Source of the DNA: Clostridia bacterium
GTDB taxonomy: Bacteria > Bacillota > Clostridia > TANB77 > CAG-508
Assembly (NCBI GenBank): GCA_045593405.1
Contig: JAZNWN010000023.1
Location: 38,662-102,661, forward strand
Length of the DNA stretch: 64,000 nt
Reading direction: 5' to 3'
The notes below the pieces were generated by a model. That model saw only the letters and a list, made by a program, of their open reading frames with translations. It ran no database searches and was not told the origin of the DNA. Below are positions 52,010 to 61,564 of this stretch, one piece after another (position 1 is the stretch's first letter; every line of letters begins with the position of its first letter). Both the position numbers and the translations under genes were made by a program.

Positions 52010-52310
52010 GCAAGATAGAGCAAAACAATTTATGGCATTTGATGCACTAAAAGGTTTGCAAGAAGAATTAAGAAAAAAAGAAGTAGAGTATGAAGAAAAA
52101 AAAGAAGTATCAGAATGGATATTTGAAGAGTTAGAGAAGGAATTTAGAAAAATAAAAATAGGTTCTAAAGCACAAGTTAAATATTATAAAGAAGGAAAAT
52201 ATATAACTGTTTTAGGAATAATTAATTATATTAGTTATGAAAAAAAAGAAATTCAAGTTAATGAAGAGATTATAAGTTTAAATAGTATTATAAAGATTAT
52301 AGAAGAATAA
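52002..52310 (+). CDS. YolD-like protein
   Basis: MNRQDRAKQFMAFDALKG; overlaps the polymerase stop. Confidence 0.85.
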   Translation: MNRQDRAKQFMAFDALKGLQEELRKKEVEYEEKKEVSEWIFEELEKEFRKIKIGSKAQVKYYKEGKYITVLGIINYISYEKKEIQVNEEIISLNSIIKIIEE

Positions 52311-52366
52311 GTATTATAAGAAGAACTCCCTTGTATTCTAAAATTTTAGAATGCAAGGGAGTTTCA

Positions 52367-52558
52367 TTAAACCTCTTTTGCTTTTTTCTTTTTGTTATTT
52401 AAGATAAGTGTTGTTTCTATTGTCTTTTCAGAAATAGGAGATGACTCAATTTTCTCAAGTTCATATCCTAAGGGTCTGAGCTGATTTACGAATTGCTGTT
52501 GCATTTTTGCAACTTGTACAAAAGTCCTGGCTTGAAAAACGATTTTTATAGATGCCAT
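52367..52558 (-). CDS. Orphan small protein
   Basis: AAGGAGG RBS; long hairpin terminator at 52324-52363. Confidence 0.55.
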   Translation of the reverse strand: MASIKIVFQARTFVQVAKMQQQFVNQLRPLGYELEKIESSPISEKTIETTLILNNKKKKAKEV

Positions 52559-52762
52559 ACAAGGTCATCCTCCTTATTTTTATGAAATACTAAAAGCGAG
52601 AAAGAGGTTAAAAAATGATTAACATAATAATTATAGCATAAAAAATGATTTTTTTCAAATAAATTATGGACATGAGAGATATTTATAATCAGACTTGCAA
52701 ATTTTTTCATTTTACGGTAAAATATTTACTGTAAAATTTTGTAGAATTATAGGAAGTAAATT

Positions 52763-53602
52763 ATGATAAATTTATTATTATGTGGAAATGAGAAGGTTTT
52801 TGATGGGGCACTTACACAGCTTATATCTATAACAAACAGAACAAAAGAGCCAATTAATTGTTACATTTTCACCATGGATTTAACTAGATTAAAACCAGAA
52901 TATACAGCAATCAGTGACAAACAAATTGAGTTTTTAAATAAAGTTATTAAGTTAAAAAATTCTAAAAACCATGTAACAAAAGTTGATGTAACAGATTTAT
53001 ATGAACAAGAATTTGTGAAATGTGCTAATGAAAGCGCATACTGCACACCATACACATTACTTAGACTACTTGCAGATTTAGTGCCTGAAATTCCAGATAA
53101 ACTATTATATTTAGACATAGATATAATGGTAGGAGGAGACCTTTCTAAGCTATATAATATAGATGTTACAGATTACGAATATGCAGCAGTAAAAGAAAAA
53201 TATGGATGCTGGCTTATAAGACCAGATTATATAAATGCAGGCATGCTTTTACTTAACATGAAAAAAATAAAAGAAACAAAATTATTAGAAAAAGCAAGAC
53301 ATTTAATAAAAACAAAGAAAATGTTATTTGCAGATCAAGATGCAATTTTTTGGTCAACAACAAAGAAAAAAATACTTCCTAGAATTTATAATGAACAATC
53401 AAAATTTAATAAAAAAGGTACAATTATTTGTCATTTTTGTAAAAGACTTATGTTTTTACCATACCCACACACAGAAAATTACAAACAATGGCACATAGAA
53501 GAAGTACATAAAGTTTTAAAATGCCACTATTTTAACGAGGACCTAAAAGAATATGTAAAATTAAAAGAAGAGTTTAATAAAAAAACGAAAGTAGGAGTTT
53601 AA
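52763..53602 (+). CDS. Glycosyltransferase family 8
   Basis: LLRL, LYLDIDI (DxD), INAGMLL, DQDAI. Confidence 0.88.
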   Translation: MINLLLCGNEKVFDGALTQLISITNRTKEPINCYIFTMDLTRLKPEYTAISDKQIEFLNKVIKLKNSKNHVTKVDVTDLYEQEFVKCANESAYCTPYTLLRLLADLVPEIPDKLLYLDIDIMVGGDLSKLYNIDVTDYEYAAVKEKYGCWLIRPDYINAGMLLLNMKKIKETKLLEKARHLIKTKKMLFADQDAIFWSTTKKKILPRIYNEQSKFNKKGTIICHFCKRLMFLPYPHTENYKQWHIEEVHKVLKCHYFNEDLKEYVKLKEEFNKKTKVGV

Positions 53603-54532
53603 ATGGAACAAAACAAACAAGTTTTACCAATATTTTTTGCGGTAGATGATGGTTATATGCCTTTTTTAGCAGTAACATTGCAGTCGTTAGTAGATAATGC
53701 ATCTACAGAGTACTATTACTTAATAAAAATACTATATACGAATATAAGTGAAGAGAACAAAGATAAAATAAAAAAATATGAAAAAGAAAATGTAAATATA
53801 GAATTTGTTGACTTAAATTATTATATTGGAAAAGTAAAAGATAAGCTATATACACGTGATTACTACTCAAAAACAACATATTTTAGACTATTTATACCAA
53901 ACCTATATCCTCAATATGATAAAGCACTTTATTTGGATTGTGATATTGTTCTTTTACGAGACGTTGCAGAATTATTTAATATAGATATGGGAAATAATTT
54001 AGTTGGAGGAGCACCAGATGACGTTATACAAGCATATGAAGTTTTTCAAGAATATGTAGAAAAAGTTGTTGGCGTAGCTGATTACAGAAATTACTTTAAT
54101 GCAGGAGTTCTTCTAATGAATTTAGATGAACTTAGAAAATATAATTTTCAAGAAAAATTTTTGTATTCACTTGATAAAATTAAATTTTCTGTAGCTCAAG
54201 ACCAAGATTACTTAAACAGACTTTGTAAAGGTAGAGTAAAAATAATTGATAAAACATGGAATAGAATGCCAATTTCTAACATAGAAGTAGATGAAAAAGA
54301 CTTAAAATTAATACATTACAATTTAGCATTTAAACCATGGCATTTTGAAGATATTTTATACAAAGAATATTTCTGGGAGTATGCTCAAAAAACTGAGTAT
54401 TTTGATGAGATATTAAGAATAAAAGAAAATTATAGTGATGAAGAAAAATTTAATGATAGAGAAAAAGATAGACAGCTTCGTGAGCTTGCGCAAAAAGAAT
54501 CTGACTGTGTTGGAGACGATAGAAAGAAATAA
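53603..54532 (+). CDS. Glycosyltransferase family 8
   Basis: TYFRLFIP, LYLDCDI, YFNAGVLL, QDQDYLN, IHY..KPW. Confidence 0.92.
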   Translation: MEQNKQVLPIFFAVDDGYMPFLAVTLQSLVDNASTEYYYLIKILYTNISEENKDKIKKYEKENVNIEFVDLNYYIGKVKDKLYTRDYYSKTTYFRLFIPNLYPQYDKALYLDCDIVLLRDVAELFNIDMGNNLVGGAPDDVIQAYEVFQEYVEKVVGVADYRNYFNAGVLLMNLDELRKYNFQEKFLYSLDKIKFSVAQDQDYLNRLCKGRVKIIDKTWNRMPISNIEVDEKDLKLIHYNLAFKPWHFEDILYKEYFWEYAQKTEYFDEILRIKENYSDEEKFNDREKDRQLRELAQKESDCVGDDRKK

Positions 54533-54540
54533 AATATAGG

Positions 54541-55422
54541 GTGATTTTAATAATGGAAGAAGAGAAACAAGAAAAATCCAAGGAAAGACTAGAAATACTA
54601 GAAAAAATTGCAAGATTAGAAAGAGAAGGTCATTTCGATGTAGATGCTGAAGATGACCCGCCTACAATTATTTTAACTCCAGAGAATGTTGATTATCTAA
54701 GAACAAAGTGGAGAAGTAAATTAAAATCTAAATTTGCAAATAAACTTGGTGAAAAGTTTTTAGATAGTTTATTAGAAAACAATAAATTAATAATAAAAGA
54801 AATAAATGGAATTGAAAATCTACAAAAGGTACAATCAGGAGCAATGATTACTTGTAATCATTTCAATCCATTTGATTCCTTTTCAATTGAAGAAGTTTTT
54901 AGGACATCTGGACAATCTAAAAACAAGAAATTATATAAAGTAATAAGAGAAGGAAATTATACGAATTTTCCTGGGTTATATGGCTTCTTTTTTAGGAATT
55001 GTGATACTTTACCACTTAGCTCAAATACACAAACAATGATAGAGTTTATGAGAGCAGTTGACACAATTCTTCAAAGGGGAGATTTTATATTAATCTATCC
55101 AGAGCAAAGCTTGTGGTGGAATTATAAAAAACCAAAGCCTCTAAAAAGTGGAGCATTTAGAATGGCTGTTAGAAATAATGTACCAGTTATTCCAATATTT
55201 ATAACAATGGAAGATACAGATATAACAGGTGAAGATGGTTTCCTTATGCAACAATATATTATAAATATTGAAGAACCAATATATCCAGATGATAAATTAA
55301 CTCATAAAGAAAATACTGAAATAATGAAAGAAAAAAATTTTGAAGTTTGGAAAAAAGTATATGAAAATTTTTATAAAATACCATTAGAATATACTACAAT
55401 AAAACAAGAGGAAAATGTATGA
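54541..55422 (+). CDS. PlsC-family acyltransferase
   Basis: NHFNPFD (HX4D), IYPEQ, VPVIP. Confidence 0.85.
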   Translation: MILIMEEEKQEKSKERLEILEKIARLEREGHFDVDAEDDPPTIILTPENVDYLRTKWRSKLKSKFANKLGEKFLDSLLENNKLIIKEINGIENLQKVQSGAMITCNHFNPFDSFSIEEVFRTSGQSKNKKLYKVIREGNYTNFPGLYGFFFRNCDTLPLSSNTQTMIEFMRAVDTILQRGDFILIYPEQSLWWNYKKPKPLKSGAFRMAVRNNVPVIPIFITMEDTDITGEDGFLMQQYIINIEEPIYPDDKLTHKENTEIMKEKNFEVWKKVYENFYKIPLEYTTIKQEENV

Positions 55423-56192
55423 AAACTAAGAAAATAATCTACTATAAAGATGAATTGAATGATGAATTTTCCAGAGCAAAAATAGTCCCAAGAGTAATAG
55501 ATGAAAAATACAAATATATTCATCATAAGCTATGGGACTTTGCTTCACTTTGCGTACAAAACATATTGAGTATGCCAATAAAAATATTATATTCTAAAGT
55601 AAAATTTAGGATTAAATATGTAGGAAAAGAAAATTTAAAACCATATAAAAAACAAGGTTATTTTATATATGTAAATCACACTCAAGCTTTTGCAGATACA
55701 TTTATACCAAGTGTGCCTTTATATCCTAAAAGAAACTTTTTTATAGTAAACCCTGAAAACGTATCTATTAAATTTATGGGAACAATTGTACAATTATTAG
55801 GAGCTTTACCAATACCTAGCAACAAACAAGGAATGAAAAACTTTTTAGATGCAATTAAAAAACATATAGAAAAGAAACACTCAATTACAATATATCCAGA
55901 AGCTCATATTTGGCCATATTATACAAAAATAAGACCGTTCAAGGCAGTATCATTTAAATACCCAATAGAATTAGATACACCAACATTTTGTATGACAAAT
56001 ACGTATCAAAACTATGGTAAAAATAACGATAAAATGAAAATTGTAACATATATAGATGGCCCATTTTTTCCAAATAAGACCTTACAAAAAAACGAACAAA
56101 AACAAGATTTAAGAGACCAAGTATACAACCAAATGATAGAAAGAAGTAAAAATAGTAATATAGAACATATAAAATATGAGAAAATTATGTAG
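55419..56192 (+). CDS. PlsC-family acyltransferase
   Basis: NHTQAFAD, IYPEAH. Confidence 0.8.
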   Translation: MKTKKIIYYKDELNDEFSRAKIVPRVIDEKYKYIHHKLWDFASLCVQNILSMPIKILYSKVKFRIKYVGKENLKPYKKQGYFIYVNHTQAFADTFIPSVPLYPKRNFFIVNPENVSIKFMGTIVQLLGALPIPSNKQGMKNFLDAIKKHIEKKHSITIYPEAHIWPYYTKIRPFKAVSFKYPIELDTPTFCMTNTYQNYGKNNDKMKIVTYIDGPFFPNKTLQKNEQKQDLRDQVYNQMIERSKNSNIEHIKYEKIM

Positions 56193-56215
56193 GGGGCGCA
56201 ATCATGCGCCCCTAC
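56189..56215. repeat. GTAG REP hairpin
   Basis: Minus strand reads gtaggggcgcatgattgcgccc, identical to the 14903 copy. Confidence 0.7.
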
Positions 56216-56219
56216 ACAA

Positions 56220-56336
56220 CTATCTACAATTATTGTTGTCATTTCTTTGGTTGTTATTGTTGTTTTGATTATTTCTGTTGTTTTTGTTTTCGTTGTTATT
56301 GTTTTGGTTATTTTTTTTATTTTCTCTTTGACTCAT
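56220..56336 (-). CDS. 38-aa Asn-rich small protein
   Basis: MSQRENKKNNQNNNNENKNNRNNQNNNNNQRNDNNNCR*; GGAGGTG RBS. Confidence 0.55.
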   Translation of the reverse strand: MSQRENKKNNQNNNNENKNNRNNQNNNNNQRNDNNNCR

Positions 56337-56547
56337 AAATAAAAACACCTCCAAAAATATTTATCACAATAAATATTATCTTCAATTTTACATATATTAT
56401 TCTTGAAAATGTTTTTGTAAAAAAATTTTTAATTTTTAAATTTTAAAATCAAAAGAGAAATTTACATAATTTACAAATTGTTTTAAATGTGTTATAATAT
56501 AATAGTTGGTTGATTTAGAACATAAAATTATTAAGGAGTGGAAAATT

Positions 56548-56982
56548 GTGTTATTAAAGAATTATTTAGACAAGAGAGTACGGAAACATCGTTTACTAAC
56601 CAATTCTCGGCAAATTAGGAGTGAGCAAGTTGAATTTGATGATATGGCAATGAAAGATGCTAAGCAAGTATGGGCTGTTATAAGAAACAGCTTTATTACG
56701 AGACAGGATAGCAATATGGAGGAAGCCATTACTATTAAATTAACGGATTTTCCGGATGGATATTTTTATTATTCAGATAAGAAATATTATAAAAAACCAG
56801 AAGATAAAGACATTGTTTTTAGCGAGCAAGCTCTAAAGCTTATTTTAATACTTGCCACTGCAGAAGGGATTACTATAAGCCGTAAAGAAAAGCAAGAGGT
56901 TTTCACTATGTATGGGCATCATTTACACAGCTATGGAGATAAACTCGTATATGAATTTACTTATACTCCGCCTATTGACTAA
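56548..56982 (+). CDS. Orphan hypothetical protein
   Basis: AAGGAG RBS before GTG 56548; terminator at ~57027-57060. Confidence 0.6.
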   Translation: MLLKNYLDKRVRKHRLLTNSRQIRSEQVEFDDMAMKDAKQVWAVIRNSFITRQDSNMEEAITIKLTDFPDGYFYYSDKKYYKKPEDKDIVFSEQALKLILILATAEGITISRKEKQEVFTMYGHHLHSYGDKLVYEFTYTPPID

Positions 56983-57111
56983 AAAGAATAATTCTATAAA
57001 TACTAATGATTTCATAACACTCAATAAAGTCTCTCTTGATAATTCGAGAGGGACTTTGCTTTATAAAAAAACTAGTTGTTAATTTTTATTTTTTGCGATA
57101 TAATACTTATT

Positions 57112-57583
57112 ATGGAAAATTTAAATGAAAAAATTGTAGAATTTTTAAAAGAACAAAATAAAACTATAAGCTTCATGGAATCGTGTACAGGAGGTTTTCT
57201 TGCAAATGAAATTACAAATGTTAGTGGTGCATCAAATGTTTTGAAGGTGAGCCTTGTTACATATTCTAACGAGTACAAAATAAAGTTTGGAGTAACTAAA
57301 AATACATTAGAAAAATATACTGTATATAGTTGCGAGACTGCAAAAGAAATGGCGAAAATGGTATCTAATTTTGCCGCTTCTGATTTTGGTATTGGTGTTA
57401 CTGGAGAACTTCGGTAATAGTTTAAAACAAAATAATAAAGTTTATTATTGTATTTATGAAAGAGAAATAAACAAGTATATATGTAGTGAAATTTGCATTG
57501 AACCAAATAATAGAAAACAAATGAAACAAGAAGTATCACAAATAATAATGGAGGAATTATGGAATATATTAATAAAAAATTAA
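57112..57583 (+). CDS. CinA C-terminal/PncC family amidohydrolase, +1 shift at CGG 57412
   Basis: ESCTGG, VTYSNEYK..GV, TAKEMA, GVTGEL|GNSL continuing into ORF 57371-57583. Confidence 0.85.
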
Positions 57584-58956
57584 ATGAGTTTAATAATAAT
57601 ATAAATGGAAAAAATGTTGCAATTATTGGACTTGGTGTAAGCCATAGACCATTAATAGAGCATTTACATAATTTAGGTGCAAAAATTACTGTTTTTGATA
57701 ATAGAGATCAAGAAAAAATAGATAAAGACATTTGGGATAAAGTACAAGAGTTAGATATAAAATCATATCTTGGAGAAAATTATTTAACTAATTTAAAAGG
57801 ATTTGATTTTATATTTAGATCTCCATCTTGTAGACCAGATATAGCAGAGATTGAAGAAGAAATAAATAAAGGAGCAATTCTTACTTCTGAAATTGAAATG
57901 GTTTTAAAATTAGCACCATGTAAAATTGTAGGTGTTACTGGAAGTGATGGAAAAACCACAACTACATCTTTAATATATAAAATTCTAAAAACCAAATATA
58001 AATGTTTTTTAGGTGGAAATATTGGAACTCCTTTATTTACAAAAATTTCTGAAATGAGACCAGAAGACATTGTTGTATTAGAACTTAGTAGTTTCCAGTT
58101 AATGAATATGGAATTAAGCACAGATATTGCAGTTGTAACAAACATATCTCCAAACCATTTAAATGTACATAAAGATTATCAAGAATACATAGACTCAAAA
58201 GCTAATATTTTTAAACATCAAAAAGAAAATGGTGTTTTAGTTATAAATTATGATAATGATATAACTATAGATTTTTCGAAACAAGCAAATGGAAATATAG
58301 TATATTTTACAAGAAAAGAAAAACTTCCAAATGGAGTTATATACGACGAGGATACAGTTAAAATATGTGACAATGATTTAAGAAGACATGTACTAAATAA
58401 AAAAGATGTAAAAATACGTGGAATTCATAATATAGAAAACATATGTGCAGCAATCGCAGCAACAAAAGACCTAGTCAGTCCAGAAGAGCAAAAACAAGCT
58501 ATAATGGAATTTACTGGAGTAGAGCATAGGCTAGAATTTGTAAGAGAAATAGACGGAGTTAAATGGTATAATGATTCTATTGCATCAAGCCCAAATAGAA
58601 CTATTGCAGGCTTAAATTCATATAATGAAAGGATAGTTCTAATTGCAGGTGGTAGAGATAAACACTTAAATTATGAACCAATTGCAAAACCGATAATAGA
58701 TAATGTAGATACTTTAATTGTAATGGGTGAAACTGCAGAAAAAATAAAAAATGCAGTAACAAGAGAACTAGAAAAACAAAATAAAACTTTAAATATTATA
58801 AGAGTAGAAAATGTAGAAGAAGCAGTAAAAACAGCAAGAGAAATTGCAAAACCTAACCAAGTAGTACTATTTTCTCCAGCAAGTACAAGTTTTGATATGT
58901 TTAAAAATTTCGAAGAAAGAGGAAAGAAATTTAAAGAAGAAGTAAATAAATTGTAA
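57559..58956 (+). CDS. murD: UDP-MurNAc-L-Ala:D-Glu ligase
   Basis: GLGVS, SP, GVTGSDGKTTT, ELSSFQL, HRLE, YNDS, SPASTSFDMF. Confidence 0.96.
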   Translation: MEYINKKLNEFNNNINGKNVAIIGLGVSHRPLIEHLHNLGAKITVFDNRDQEKIDKDIWDKVQELDIKSYLGENYLTNLKGFDFIFRSPSCRPDIAEIEEEINKGAILTSEIEMVLKLAPCKIVGVTGSDGKTTTTSLIYKILKTKYKCFLGGNIGTPLFTKISEMRPEDIVVLELSSFQLMNMELSTDIAVVTNISPNHLNVHKDYQEYIDSKANIFKHQKENGVLVINYDNDITIDFSKQANGNIVYFTRKEKLPNGVIYDEDTVKICDNDLRRHVLNKKDVKIRGIHNIENICAAIAATKDLVSPEEQKQAIMEFTGVEHRLEFVREIDGVKWYNDSIASSPNRTIAGLNSYNERIVLIAGGRDKHLNYEPIAKPIIDNVDTLIVMGETAEKIKNAVTRELEKQNKTLNIIRVENVEEAVKTAREIAKPNQVVLFSPASTSFDMFKNFEERGKKFKEEVNKL

Positions 58957-59004
58957 AAAAGAAACCTCTCTTTGCATATATTAATGTAAAGGGAGGTTTT
59001 ATAC

Positions 59005-59544
59005 ATGGATTATCAAAGTTATGAAGATTATATGAGAAGTGTACTAGGATATAATACTGGAAATATATATGCAAATACATATAACCCTATGAGTGATTAT
59101 TACTATGATATGACAACAGTTTATACAAATACTAATACAGATGCTTTAAATGATTTTTATCCAGAAATTTACAAGCTATTATATCCAATGGTATGTAAAG
59201 TATGTAATCAAAACTTTAATCGAGAAATTACAAAAGATTTAATAGATAGAATGACAGATGAAATATATATGAATTTTGAGGCAGAGGAGAGACCTACTCA
59301 AAATAATATGAGGACATCTCTTAAAAATGGAGATGTCCGTAATCCAAATGCAAAAGAACCAGAAGTAAGACAAAACTCAAGTGGACGTAATTTCCTACTT
59401 AGAGATTTAATTAGAATATTAATTTTGAGAGAATTAGGAAGACCAAACAGACCTCAATTCCCACCTCCAGGAAGACCACCTATGCCACCTCCAAGACCTC
59501 CAATGGGACCAGGAGGAAATCAACCACCATGGAGAATGTATTAA
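59005..59544 (+). CDS. Probable spore-associated protein with Pro-rich tail
   Basis: YPEIYKLLYPMV, LRDLIRILILREL, PPPGRPP; CATATATT (sigE/K-like -10) upstream. Confidence 0.6.
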   Translation: MDYQSYEDYMRSVLGYNTGNIYANTYNPMSDYYYDMTTVYTNTNTDALNDFYPEIYKLLYPMVCKVCNQNFNREITKDLIDRMTDEIYMNFEAEERPTQNNMRTSLKNGDVRNPNAKEPEVRQNSSGRNFLLRDLIRILILRELGRPNRPQFPPPGRPPMPPPRPPMGPGGNQPPWRMY

Positions 59545-59642
59545 TATTTTTTATTTTCAAAAATATATAAAAGAAAAAATGTATATTTTGCCTTAAATAT
59601 AGTAAAACTAAATATAGTTTAAATTTGAAAGGTGGAAAATAT

Positions 59643-60086
59643 ATGAAAGTAAAAGATTGTATGTGTCATAATGTTGAATGTGTAGGACCAGATGCTACTG
59701 TTTGTGATGTTGCAAAATTAATGCAAAACAAACATGTTGGTTGTGTTCCTGTTTGTGATGCAAGTAAAAATATAGTTGGGCTTGTAACAGACAGAGATTT
59801 AATTTTAAGAACTTTAGCTTGTGATAAAGATATAAAACAAACTAAAGTAAGTGAAGTCATGACTACAAAGGTTTATAATACAACGCCAGAAGCGGATATA
59901 GAGGAAGTAAGTAAAATAATGTGCGAATGTCAAGTAAGGAGAGTACCTGTTGTAGAAAATGAACAATTAATTGGAATTATTACTCTTGGTGATTTAGCAA
60001 ACAACCAAAATATAGGTCAAGAAGAAGTATCTAATACTGTTGAAGGTATATGTAAATGTGGAGAAAATGCAAAAAATGCAGAATAA
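59643..60086 (+). CDS. CBS domain protein
   Basis: Tandem CBS motifs VGLVTDRD, VRRVPVV, GIITLGD. Confidence 0.9.
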   Translation: MKVKDCMCHNVECVGPDATVCDVAKLMQNKHVGCVPVCDASKNIVGLVTDRDLILRTLACDKDIKQTKVSEVMTTKVYNTTPEADIEEVSKIMCECQVRRVPVVENEQLIGIITLGDLANNQNIGQEEVSNTVEGICKCGENAKNAE

Positions 60087-60120
60087 CCTTTCAGTTATAA
60101 CTCATATCAATTTTCAAATT

Positions 60121-60274
60121 TAGCCGCACGCTGGGGATTATATATTTTATTTTTAGAGCGCCTCCGGGTTAACCGCCTTAGAAAATGTTTGACGAAGTGA
60201 ATTACATTTTCTAGGATTGGGCAGAGATAAAAATATAAATATAAATATAAATATATAACCCAACTAGATGCGGC
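60121..60274 (-). repeat. ~145-nt palindromic dispersed element, copy B (inverted)
   Basis: Reverse complement aligns along 22627-22770; carries extra ataaat units. Confidence 0.85.
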
Positions 60275-60335
60275 GTTTTATAATAAAAAAGAAAAACATA
60301 TTTTAATATTTTTTACATATAATTGAGTTAAAGAG

Positions 60336-61430
60336 GTGTTATGTTTGAATGCTAAGATGAAATATTGGACAACTGTTTTAAAGAATATAGCCATTTTTCT
60401 ATTATCACTTGTATTAATATTTATACTTTTAAAACTAGCTGTATTTTATATGCCCTTCTTAATTGGATTTATAATATCACTTCTTATTGAACCCTTAATA
60501 AAAAAGCTTGCAAATAAAACTGGAATTGCAAGGAAAACAAGTGCAATTATTGTTTTAATAGTAATTTTTACAATACTAATTGGTCTAATAGTATGGGGAG
60601 TAATAACCTTAATTACAGAAAGCTCAAACTTATTAGAGAGTATAAATCTTTATATAGAAAAAATTTATGATTTTATTCAAAATTTAAAAATAAGAGAATT
60701 AAATTTACCTGAAAAAGTTATTGAAATTATTGAAAATTGCACATCAAAACTTTTAAATTGGGTTACAACATTTACGACTAATTTTTTAACTACTACATTA
60801 CAAAAAGTTACTTTGATACCAATAGCTTTTATCTATATTACAATCACCATACTTTCAACATATTTTATATGTGCTGATAAGTTTTATATATTGGACCAAG
60901 TAGAGCATCATGTGCCAAGACTTTGGGTAAAAAGATTTGGGAAACATTTAAGAGAAATAACAACAGTTTTAGGAAATTATTTGAAGGCAGAAGTTACATT
61001 AGTACTAATTTCGTTCTTTATAGTACTAATAGGTTTAACTATAGGAAAATTTACTGGATTAAAAATAGAGTATCCTTTACTGTGTGCTTTAGGAATTGCA
61101 TTTATTGATGCACTTCCAATAGTTGGCTCTGGAACAGTAATAATCCCTTGGGCAATACTTGCTAGTTTAGAGGGAAATATTTCACTAGCAATACTTTTAA
61201 TTGGATTATATATATTTACCATAATTGTAAGACAAGTAATAGAACCCAAATTAATAAGTAACAAGATTGGAATTCACCCTATTTTTACACTTATAGCAAT
61301 GTATACAGGATTTAAACTTATTGGAATTATTGGACTGTTTTTAGGACCAATAATTTTGATAATTTTAAAAAATATTTTTGCAACTATGATTGATGATGGA
61401 ATTGTAAAAACTATTTTTAATAGAGGTTAA
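60336..61430 (+). CDS. ytvI: Sporulation integral membrane protein YtvI (AI-2E family)
   Basis: PFLIG..IEP, DALPIVGSG..IPW, RQVIEPK..IGIHP..GLFLGP. Confidence 0.9.
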   Translation: MLCLNAKMKYWTTVLKNIAIFLLSLVLIFILLKLAVFYMPFLIGFIISLLIEPLIKKLANKTGIARKTSAIIVLIVIFTILIGLIVWGVITLITESSNLLESINLYIEKIYDFIQNLKIRELNLPEKVIEIIENCTSKLLNWVTTFTTNFLTTTLQKVTLIPIAFIYITITILSTYFICADKFYILDQVEHHVPRLWVKRFGKHLREITTVLGNYLKAEVTLVLISFFIVLIGLTIGKFTGLKIEYPLLCALGIAFIDALPIVGSGTVIIPWAILASLEGNISLAILLIGLYIFTIIVRQVIEPKLISNKIGIHPIFTLIAMYTGFKLIGIIGLFLGPIILIILKNIFATMIDDGIVKTIFNRG

Positions 61431-61564
61431 AAAAATTCGACAAAATTAAACAAAATATTGCAAAATGTAAACAATTTATGGTAAACTATATACACTGACT
61501 TTTTATCATGTATTGACTCTTGTCGATACGAGGTAATGTCAAATAAATTAAAGGAGGCGTTTTT

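Noticed and set aside
56220-56336. AAC-rich tract as a DGR template repeat for the 49813 gene
   Set aside because: No sequence similarity to 50494-50610; it has an RBS and an intact ORF
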